DNA of 62,749 nucleotides, the filler included, from Choristocarpus tenellus KU-1152 (lineage: Eukaryota > Protista > Phaeophyceae): the NCBI GenBank assembly GCA_964200185.2. It is 9 parts of 9 records of this genome, joined end to end, with 100 filler letters (N's around TTAATTAATTAA, not from the genome) between each part and the next. Parts side by side here need not be neighbours in the genome. Positions count along the whole stretch, not along the records: positions 46,456 to 56,387 come from CAXNAD020003271.1; positions 56,488 to 59,971 come from CAXNAD020019719.1; positions 60,072 to 62,749 come from CAXNAD020025723.1; 6 more parts are not named here. One strand, 5' to 3'. A model generated the notes under the pieces. The model was given only the letters and a program-made list of their open reading frames with translations, ran no database searches and was not told the DNA's origin. Made by a program: the position numbers and the translations under genes. Position 1 is the stretch's first letter. Every line of letters starts with the position of its first letter. Shown piece by piece: positions 52,101 through 62,749 of this stretch.

Positions 52101-55100
52101 TCATAAGATTTGAAAATTGTAATGTGTCACTGAGCTACTCACTGAGTTTAGTTCAGGAACAGTGGGGTGGTAATATTGTGGAATATTAATTCTAAAGAAT
52201 AGATCTTTAGTAATGTTGTAAACCAGAAGAGTTTACCATAAAAATTAAATTGGGTAGAAAAATTAAATAAATTTGATTGAACTCTCAGTGCACAAGGCCA
52301 AACTCTTCAGTTTGCATGTAATGGATCTGAAGCCATGAATATGTGAGCAGTGACACTGTGTGACCAGTGCACTATGTTTTGTGGTTCTGTGACCTCTGCA
52401 ATGTTGAGTCATATTTATGCCCACACTGTGATTAAAAAGAACCGAACCTTTTCAGTTCAGTTATCCGTTTTCCTCAAATTGATTGAAATGAAGCCGGTTG
52501 AAATGTCACAGTTCACAACACTAGCCCTCTCTAAACCAGGAGAAATACATTTTGACCAAAATCACATGTAGCAAATGTCTTGCATAGAAACTCAGCAATT
52601 CTATCACAACATTTTATTTGTACCAAAAAAAGGGACCGATTTCCCTTGAGAACTTCATCCCCAAAATCTGAGTTAGGCTAACACTGGTGAATGTGTCAAA
52701 TACATAATGTTTTTGAGAAAGTGCTGATGGGCTGCTGGTACAGTCAATCATGGGGAACAGTGGCAGTACGTAGCATCAAATGTTTAGTACCACCTCTAGT
52801 AGTTTAGGATAGTGGTAGTATTGCACAAGCGACTAGGAGAGGACAAATTCTCCGTGGGAAACATCATATTGAGATTTTGGAATTATTTATTTCAGGATTG
52901 AGATTGTACTGAACATCAAAATAGAGCTATTGTGTATACTACTGATGTAGAATATTCTCTCTAGTATTATGCATGCTGTGACACTACTCGGCATTCTATA
53001 GCTCTATGACGACCCCAGAACAATACAGAGGAGGTCCATGGTACTAAAAGGTCAACGCATGCCCATACACAAATGAAATATTTCACAGATAGTCATGCCA
53101 AAGCATGTTCTTATATCTTTTGCTTGCGTTTCTCTGCGTACACATGTATGTATGAGGGATAAAGAGCAAACCTGAACTACTTTGATGAGATCAGTCAGTC
53201 AACTATGTTCATAGTATACTTGCACCGAGAGGATATTCGAGTGCTAGTTGTGGTCATTGAAAAGAATCAAGAAAGACCACAAAAAGGAAGCATTGGTTGC
53301 AAGGAGAATCCCATGACAAAAAGGTTGAATGGATGCGTCAGGAGTTCAAGCAAAATAACAAAGATAATCTAGATACTGCAGTGGTCACAGCACAGCAAAC
53401 TGTTTGAATTGAGCCCAATATAGATCGAGCAGCAGCTCTTTCAAATTCAGAGACCAAGACAAGGAAAGGCAAGAAAACCAGCAAGTCAAGATGTTCCAGT
53501 TCAAGACATGAGAAGGAAACAGCTCCTGACCCATACAAAGAGGGACTGGGGATGCCTGATTCTAGTCAAGAACAAATAAACAAGAAATGGATCTCAGGCC
53601 ATTAACAATTCAGCAACCATAAAAGCAAACCACCTTTTGAGCTTACCATCTCATTGAATACTTTTACTGAACCAAGGTCCTGATCCCTGATCAGGGGTCA
53701 TGGTGCCTGAGGACAGGTACAGCTATCTCTAGACAATAATGTAACCGTAAGATAGTGCTTCTAAAGCCACCAATAATGTTACGATGCAAAAATGCACGTG
53801 TTGCCTGTGTCGTTCACCTCTTGCATACTCACCTCAAACCGCTCAATGAGGACCTCTCTGATCTCAGGGAGATCCCCTTCCCCAATAAGGCCCTTGGCCA
53901 CGCCACTGGCCACCAGGCGGCAAGCTAACTGGCGAAGTTCCATTAGGACACGACTGGGTTGTTCAGCCGAGGCCCGCGGTAAGACATTACTAAGGAACTC
54001 TTCCTTCGTGTACTTGGATGGGGGCTAGAGAATTTCAACCAAGGGTTGGGGGGAGGAGGGGCAAGAGAAGAGCAACCATAGGCATGTATCCTGAGTTGGT
54101 TGTGTCACTGTTACAATATTGTAAGCTGCATCCATTAAATTTTACGCCAAAGTATATACAATATTTAATCTTGTAGATGCAGTGCATAGACAGAGTATGG
54201 GTCTAGTCCAAAACACCTACCACAACAAAACATAAATTGATCTCATTCATTCCAGTAGCCAGTTTAACTAAAATGCAACTCAGGTGGACAGTGCAACTGA
54301 TAAATAGCGTCAAACCCAGTGCACACAAAACTACTCAAATATTCCTCCCAGCCCCCAAAATGTGTGAGGGAGAACTTTCCTACTACATAACAAAAATACA
54401 CACCATGAAATACTGTTGCACAATGACTGAAATTTCCGCATTCAAGACTGAGTGTTTGACAGCAGTATTGTGTGTTGACATACACATACACAGACAGGTT
54501 ACATATACCCTCAATGCAACCATTCTGACAAAACAATGTTTCATAGCCCAGTAAGATACAAATGAGGAGCACTTACAGAGTGTCCTTACCACTACCCTTT
54601 GCCTCGCAGATGGCGAACCCATTTTTCCAGCTTGAGCATACTATACCATTTCCCTCCAACCCAGAAGCTGCCTACATTGTCCTGGAAAAGAATACTATGC
54701 ATGTGCTGCTCCAGTATCGGTTGTTTGTGACCTCACTTGCTCGTGTGAAAACCTAGAGATGATCACAGTTTATACACATAACCTATAATTGCCATTAATG
54801 GGGAGAAATCGCTATCCAGAAGTCAAACACAAGTGAACCTTAAGGTAAACCTGGAGTACCTCTACAAAATTCTTATTCAGTTGCACATTGTGGTAGTCAA
54901 CAACGAAAACAAAGTGCAACAGAGCTCACACCAACGGTATAAAATCCTGAAGCAACAAATAGAATGGCTGAGGGGAAGAACCAAAATATGACTTGAATTT
55001 TGATAGCAAAGTAGTCTAGCCCTAAATCACCTCACGTCCATCTCCATCCACTGCAGAAACCTTTCCTCCAGTGCCACAGTGCACCACATATGCTGCAAGC

Positions 55101-56377
55101 TTGATGGCTGTTACCAAGTTCCTACTTGGGGCATTTTCGGGACCATTTACATATGCTGCAGGGTTGTCCCCCTCTGGTAGTAACTTACAGAGCAGCGCTG
55201 CCTTAATGCGTTTCCCCAAACTAGCATTGACCGAACCCCAGAAACGTGAAGGGCCAGGAGGGTTGGGAATAGGGGAACCATTAGACCACCAGCAGTGCTG
55301 ATAATGTTTGAGCAAAAGACAAATTCATGGTGCAAGTTCTGCCACTGTGCGCTTTGGAAATCACTAAATCCTCCATAATAAAGGTAAGAATTGTTTTGGG
55401 GCAGTGACTGCATAGTACAAACGCTGGCAGAATAAAAGGTCGGATATGAACATCTATTCGATGTACATCAAGTCGAAGCACGTGCCTTAGAAAAATGAAA
55501 AGGCCGACATTTCAAGGAGAAGAGAGTTGCGTGTAGTGCAGGAAGAGATGGAAATGTATCAACGTTCTTATCGGCCCTCACCTGTCCATGCAGAACATTG
55601 GCTTGTCACGGTTTTGTTTGTGGGAAGTCTCGTGTCTTGCGTTCTTCGATTCGATGGCTTGCCAGGCATTCGCTATCCGCTCCATAATTTCAACTTCCAT
55701 CTGAAATCACCCACGCGTTCGAGCGTAGGTCAGTTGATCAAGCAGGCCCTTCCTAGGTCTATCATTTGATGTTGCCAAAAGAAGCGAAGCATTGCGGATT
55801 GTGGACGATTGAGGACACTGGTACACGGTTGTGGATGGTTGTAATACCGTGATATATGATGACCTGAGAAATGAAAACATTCGCCTAGTCCTTGCACCGG
55901 TGAAAAACGGCCATCGTTAACACAAAGGAGAGATGCCTCTTTCGACAGGCACCACAAATTTGGAGGCATAGGAAAGATCTTCAAACACACCTCCTCGTCT
56001 ATGAGTCGCTTCCCATCTTGAGTAACGGCCGCAATGATTTCCTTGCTTTTCTCATAGAGAGTGTCCACCTCCAGCAGGAGAGGAGTCAGGGTATCCTGAA
56101 GAAGTAATCCACGACCGAAACGGTTTGACAACTTCCCAGATGTCTTGCTGGTCTTGGAGGTAGAGGGCGTACTCCCTTCTGTGTTGTTTCCTCCAGTAGA
56201 TGAATCCGACTCTCCACCACCTCGTCTCTGCGATGAACCATTTCCCTTGCCAGTCAATTCTCTTTTACTGGTTCCTGACCCCTGTGACATTTGGCGGGAG
56301 AAGTTCGGCGAACTCCCACCTTTTGATCGACCTTTTAACATATGAGACGTGAACTTCCCAAAGGACGGTGGTTCAAC
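49175..56377 (-). CDS. Uncharacterised protein (~770 aa visible, 5' partial) with low-complexity Gly/Ser/Pro-rich regions
   Basis: Eight AG/GT-bounded stop-free exons, all phase 0: 56377-55991, 55297-55031, 54681-54619, 54024-53833, 51848-51690, 51222-50491, 50015-49902 and 49573-49175 (stop after ...PDSGPEW). No domain recognised. The exon 3 donor and exon 7 acceptor are less certain. Confidence 0.78.
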
Positions 56378-58081
56378 CTATGATCGGNNNNNNNNNNNNN
56401 NNNNNNNNNNNNNNNNNNNNNNNNNNNNNNNTTAATTAATTAANNNNNNNNNNNNNNNNNNNNNNNNNNNNNNNNNNNNNNNNNNNNGGGGGAGTGGGGA
56501 GGCACTCTCTAGGGGGGAAGGATTAGGAAGCTATAGGGAAGAAGAGGATGAGACAATGGGGGAGGCAACTGGTGGCAGGGATGGGGGTGAGGGGGGGGCT
56601 GATGAATTAGGCCAAGATGGAATGGAGGTGGCGGGGGCTGAGGAGGTGGATGATGATGGGGATGGACTATACGATGATGTGTAGTTTGAACCATGTTTGT
56701 TCTGTGGACCAATATTCTTAGCCTGAGAGAAACACGCTTGGGACCTTGTGCAGACTGTTGAAGAACAAGATATTTGGTTCTTCAGGATACACAATTATTA
56801 TTATTCAGCAATGCATCTCCTGGATATTTTTACAAATGTTTACCTGTGATTATGTGTTACGTGTTATGTGTGAGAGAGTAGAGAGCGCATTGCATATGGA
56901 GTAAGCAAATGACTCTCAAAGTCTAAGTCTCACTGGCAAACAGATATTGTGCAATATCCCCTTTGCTATGGACACCAAGCAAATGGGGTTTGGGACTCCT
57001 CATGAGCAAGCATGTTGTAGTAGAGTGGGGAACATAGCCAGCAGGCATAGCCAGGAGGGCACCTGTCAAGATACATTTCATTGATTGGTATTATTACAGT
57101 ATGTGCAACTTGCACAGACGCAATTTCCGAAAGGAGCTCAAGATTTGGTGCCAGGTACTGTATGCCCTTTGTGTTTCGTTTTTTTTCTGTTCAGGATGTG
57201 ACGTGATAAGGCTATGCAATGCAACCTTCTGCATCTCATCCAGTATATACTTCCAAGCATGAAGTGGTTTCTATACATCTACATATTGTACCAGTGCTGT
57301 TGTTGTGTCTCTGTGTGTGTACAATGGATGATCCAGTTGTTGGCAAACGTGTCATAGAGATTGCCTTGGATGTAAGTGTGTAAGTACTACGAATAGTACT
57401 ATGTTGTCTGGAAGGTTTTGTTTTAAACCTCCTTCGATCATAATATACCCCTTTGCAACACCTGTGTTGTGTTGCAATAACAGGACTGTCAAAAATCAAT
57501 GCACCCAACCAAGACTGAATATAACTAAAGTAGTATAATAGTAGCATTTGCACACTCTTGTCTTTCGACTCAGTATTTTCGATTGGAAGTGCTATTGGTA
57601 TGTACTACAGGAGTAAAGCAATGCATTGTTGTTGTACTACTGTGCCTGAGCAATGTAAAACTATCATTAGAAGTATCACTGTTCAAGAGTTGGTCTGAGG
57701 AGTCCCAAACCTGTGGCCAAAAGATAATCAGAGGAGAAGCAGTAACACTTGAAATACGTGATAATACAAAAGGGAAAGAGAGTGCTCTGTGCAGTTTAGG
57801 GGAGTGGTCCAACAAAGAGAGAGTCCTGGCACTACTCACTGTCGCCCAAGTGCTCAGACATATAAATGGGATAGAACATCACCATTGGCATAGCCAGGCC
57901 CTACGAGAACAAGAAAAAGGAAAAAATAGTTTCGCAACTGGTGCTTCCATCCAAACAACACTCATGACATGTCACACAATAGAACAGGACACAAGGTTAA
58001 TCAATCCAATAAACAAGACCAATGAGAAACGCAACGTTGATCCCGAATTTGTCAAGGTCATTTTGTAGACGTAACCCCACC

Positions 58082-59681
58082 AGCGTTTCTCCTCCCTGCC
58101 TCGCTGCCACTTAAAAGTCGTATGTTCCCCAAACATCAATCCCTTCAGTAGTCCCTCATTCTTCATTATGAGTACAACTGACCCTGCGAAGAAGAGCCTT
58201 GTGGGGAAGGGGTCATGACAATATACCTAAGAAGAAGAGCAATGTATAGAGTAGATTAGATAGCCTGTATGTCACGTTGAGCTATTATTTATAATAAAAC
58301 GATTATGTCGAAGATAAAAGGCTTCATGGTAACCTTCATCACTTAACAACTGATAGTTAGGAAGAAGCGAATATTTTTTCTTGCTTCGTAAAAAACCTCC
58401 TTGTTCAGTTCGTTGTCTTCATTGTAGGTCGCAAAACATACATCGCATAGTGTAGCATATATCAGTCTCCAACTGATATCTAGCGACCATAGTCCCAAAA
58501 AAACTTATTTTATGAACTTTCCTATTATTGTCAATATGTAAAGTACAGGGTAAATAAAGAAGTGGACGAGAAAGTATTTTCTTCTCGCATACCCACTTGG
58601 ACGTTAGGGACTTTGGGGGGCATGGATCCTTCCGACTTATCCAGACAAACATGAAATCCAGAAACAAGGCACTTAACTTCTACCACCTGCAAAATCACCC
58701 TGTCGTAGAAGATGATTACAACATCTTAATGTGGTACCTTTGCCACACAACTTCCCATCCATATACCATGCCAACAACATGTACAGTAGTAGTACGTTTT
58801 AATTACTCTATTGCCATTGACGTTTTGTACATCGCTGAACTAATGTTATTCCTGCAGAGTGTAAACACTAATAATAGAAGGAAGTCAGCAATAAGCCGTA
58901 TGTGTCGTATATAGGCACCAGGGACCAGTGAACATGGTCCTCACAGGAAATGACAGACTTAAAACTCCAACAAACCAGATCGCCTTCCTTTGACCAGGTT
59001 CTTGCTCAACAATCAGCAAGTAAGCCATTCCGCCATCTCTTTGGCACAAACTTTGCTTTTGGTACCATAACTCATTGGATTACAGGCCAGCAGGTCTCAT
59101 TCCAACAGCCTTGGCATGAGTACCACTGCTATGGGGTCTGGTTCTGTGTGATGGGGGGTGATGAGAACCACCAGAGGTGAGGTTCAGAAAGAGATGAGAT
59201 GGAGGCATGCTGGGCGTATGTAGACAGCCTCAGAGTGGCATGCGGATCAATCTCCACTGTGATTGATTGCGACCAATCAGAACAGAAACCACAATCTCAG
59301 TCGTGTGTCTGACCCACACCACACCACCTTGGTTGGCCTCAATGACAAAAAGGTGACGTGCTCAAAGTTGATGGCTACGCGCATTATCGTCATCAGTATT
59401 AACATTTTTTTTAAATGCGCCTATAACAGCGGATCGAGATAATGGCGGATGGGTTTGACCGAAATGGTGCGCGGAAAGTGCCCATAAGTTTTTTTTTGTT
59501 GATGTAATAAAACCTTTTTAGGGCCCCTTTTTGAATGGGATGTATTACTGTTGAAAAAAAAATCGACGCTTGTTGTGGAGGGCACCGCTACGATTCGGAA
59601 GCGACGTCGACCAAGCCAAAGGTAGAAGGATAGACGGGGCCCCCTGGGGGGAGCCGGTGACGGTTTTCGTATGCTCATATT
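58082..59681 (-). CDS. Possible exons of an unidentified gene
   Basis: AG/GT-bounded segments at ~59681-59586 (NMSIRKPSP...RIVA), ~58686-58593 (VVEVKCLVSGFHVCLDKS...) and ~58182-58082 (SVVLIMKNEGLLKG...) appear phase-compatible. No homology recognised. Confidence 0.3.
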
Positions 59682-61940
59682 CTGTATGGTTCACTAAGTA
59701 TTGTATTAGATAATACATACATACGTACGTCTTCTTCTACTAGATATAAATATCTGTTGGAGGGTTGTGTTGTTTGTACAAGAAAGGGATTGATAGGTCG
59801 CATCCACCAAAAAACTAACCAAGTTCACAGAGAAGAACGAACACATGTTTCATTCTATATATACGGGAAAAGCTTGTACTTCGTAAATATTTTTAGGTGT
59901 AATCATGGCCGTTATTATCATGTAATTCTGGCATGCTTAGTAAGCAAGGTTAGTCACAAAGGAGTTACTATNNNNNNNNNNNNNNNNNNNNNNNNNNNNN
60001 NNNNNNNNNNNNNNNTTAATTAATTAANNNNNNNNNNNNNNNNNNNNNNNNNNNNNNNNNNNNNNNNNNNNGAGATGGGCACGGAGGGGTCTGTTGGATT
60101 CTTGGGATGCTTCCCTAGCTCCCCCCCCCGGGGCACAGGAGTAGGTTGATGGGAAGCTAAGGAAGACAGTAGTACAATATTTGATAGTGATGAAGTAACT
60201 GATTAGTGGTTCCACACTTACAATGTGTTACAGTGTTCTTATGTTTAGGATATTTTATTTCTTTAGGGCTAATAACGATATACATAGTTTTCATTGGTTT
60301 CCCTCCTGACACATGTGCAAAATGTCAGAGGGCATAATAATAAAAATACATATATTGTGAAAGAACACTCAAAACTAAAATGTAATAGAGTTAAAATATA
60401 TAAAAACACGTTATATAACATTATACCCGATCTCATGCATGCGAAACACACAAACTTAGCAGGCTTGCACCTAAACCACTCGGTCACGGTGTCGCCAATT
60501 TAATACTGCATCTCACACACTCTAGGAATATAAACGGATGAACAAATATTGATGTTCCTACGGATCCATAAAACCACCCTCTACCTCTCGTGACCGTAAT
60601 AAGGGTGCATTGACATCCAATGCAGCAAAGCCCTACATCACATATCTCTTCACGCTTATATTCGTTGCACCTCTCCCCACACACTGAACACATCAGTACT
60701 CAAGATAATCTCAACCAAAATTGAGAGGTGTAATCGGGGATGTATCAGGCAGGATGGCAAATCATTACACATGTGTACGTACTTCAAACGTACACAATAT
60801 CATATTTTTGGTTAAGTCAATGCTTCCGACGCACTGTATCAGCTAATCCAGTGCTGATGCCAATGTTCCTGCTCGTAGATGTCCTCCATCCCTTCCCCTA
60901 CTTGGTTCTTGTACACAGGATAGTATCATTATCAACTTTCAACGGCATCCAGTCCACCACTTGGTGTTCTACCTCTGTTCCGCCCTGACGGAAGCACCAT
61001 TCATCATTAGTGTTGACTCCATAAGAATCTACCGGACTAAATGAAATAATATTTTGAAGTAATTCAGAAGCAAGTCAGGAGGACAACAGGAGCGATAGGG
61101 TTCCTCGTGCAGGGGGTGATCGGTGAGACCTACAATGTCGAGTGAATATGATTGCCAATGACTGATTGCCACCACGTATGTATGTGTGTGTGTGTGAGTG
61201 TGTGTGTGTGTTTGTATATTTCAACTGGTGAGTCGGGGCCTCATTGGTAAACCTTGGTGCAGGGGCTGGTGTTGTATGGATCAGATATGTACATCTGAGG
61301 ACTGAACTTTCATTGCCGCTATGTTCAAGTGTTCCCAGTGTCTTCCGTAGTAGCTATTACCGAAAGAACTGTAGGTTGTGTTACACATGTACATACAAAT
61401 ACGCACACTTTTTTCTACGTACCACTCATTTGCGCGCCTGCGTGTGCTTTTGTGTGTGTGTATCAATCCAACTTATTTAGCGCATTCCACAATAAGCCCG
61501 ATATGTACAGTTTTAGTAATGTGTGTTACCAACCGTTTCGTAAACACCATCAGGCTGCAGTGTGCGTGCCGTTACTGCATACATGCGCTTGCGCTGTTCA
61601 AGCCATGTGTTGATATCACAATCATATATTATATTTTCAAATTTGCGAAACTGTTAGAAAACTACACCCAGGTAACAACCTCATCACCAGATCTAATCGT
61701 GTTTCGCGGGGTTTTGTGTGGAGCCTTAAGGGTTCGTTCCTAGACGCAAGACCTCCTCTGTGTCTATCGATATCCTGCCTCGTCATTTAACATCACTATT
61801 TCCAACAATGCCACACTCTGCCCCCCTCCATAACACAACAACAGTGCCAGCCACGAGAGGGGTATACTCCTTCTGTTCCATAGGTCTGTATTGTTGTGAG
61901 TTTTTGTTAATGACTTTTTCAAAGGTAAGATTCAGAATTT

Positions 61941-62278
61941 AAAAATGGCTGGAAATGATGGTAAATCGACCATAACGTCTCAACGAGACCTCCGACGAAG
62001 ACGCGGTTAGTTACGTTGGATTCCTTGGCGTTTTTTGCATTAGATTGGTTACTCGTCACTCTCATTCTCTCCTGAGGGCATTCTGGATCACTTGATCCCA
62101 ATTGACAGAGACGTGTACAAAGTGGCTACAACTTGGTTGAATGAGGGAGAGAATGAGAATGAGGAGTAATCAATTCAATGCCAAAAAACGCCAAGGAATC
62201 CAACGCACATAACCGTGTCTTCATTGGAGGTGTCGTTGGGACGTTATGGTCAACTAACCATCATTTCCAGTCGTTTTT
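61941..62278. repeat. Long inverted repeat (arms ~132 bp, loop ~73 bp)
   Basis: 61941-62072 is an imperfect reverse complement of 62146-62278. The ORF track shows the same peptide (AKNAKESN..NRVF.GG.V.TLWS..HHFQ) on opposite strands. Confidence 0.92.
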
Positions 62279-62711
62279 GGTTGGTCTAGCTGTTTTTGCT
62301 AAATCTGCCATTTCTGAAAAAAAACGTTTGTGTTCAGGGCCCAGTTTCTCAACCATTTCGAAATGAAAAAAAAAATAGTTATTTCTGAATCTCACATTTG
62401 AAAAAGTTTCACAAAAACCATTAACGACTCAGACCTAAGGGACAAAGGGAGTATATATGCAGGAATCATACGGGTATATGTCCATTCTCTAAAATTGTCA
62501 GGCCTTGTCCCTCTCCTTACCACACAATTGTACTACCTGCGAACACCACATACCAAGCCAAAACATTTTATTTTTTATTGACTGCCTACGAGTGATACAC
62601 ATTGAAATTGTCTTACTACCCAACAGCTCCAGAAGACTAGGTACAAGATGGCATGAATGGCGTGTGAGGTGTGGTTGCTTCTCCAGAGGTCTATTTTGTT
62701 GAGCAATTTAA

Positions 62712-62749
62712 GGGTCAAAGTATCTTGGGGGGGGGGGGTGGTTTGTGAG
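62712..62749. mobile_element. MITE terminus (AAAGTATCT core) at the window end
   Basis: GGGTCAAAGTATCTTGGGGGG. Confidence 0.65.

Overview
This is not one continuous locus. It is nine eukaryotic contigs joined by artificial 100-bp N spacers that contain TTAATTAATTAA (stops in all six frames). Long GT-AG introns, TTAGGG telomere-type motifs and the gene content suggest a stramenopile, probably a brown alga (inference). Recognisable content: the 3' part of a CHTOP/FOP-like RGG protein gene; degenerate LINE remnants; a decayed Ty1/Copia gag-pol; a decayed plant-type (DD39D-like) mariner transposase; two related MITE families sharing an AAAGTATCT terminal core (12 full or partial copies); 12 exons of a membrane-anchored GH3 beta-glucosidase; an 8-exon orphan gene; many mini- and microsatellites; and a ~340-bp fold-back. 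The most unusual signal is in the GH3 introns, which are peppered with short TTAGGG/CCCTAA arrays. Two independent MITE copies in these introns each carry the same 4-nt insertion, which turns TTAGAGGG into perfect (TTAGGG)2. This suggests telomeric repeats are being written in situ at internal near-match sites, or that there is a k-mer correction artefact. No CRISPR array, TnpB/Fanzor, rRNA or tRNA gene was recognised.
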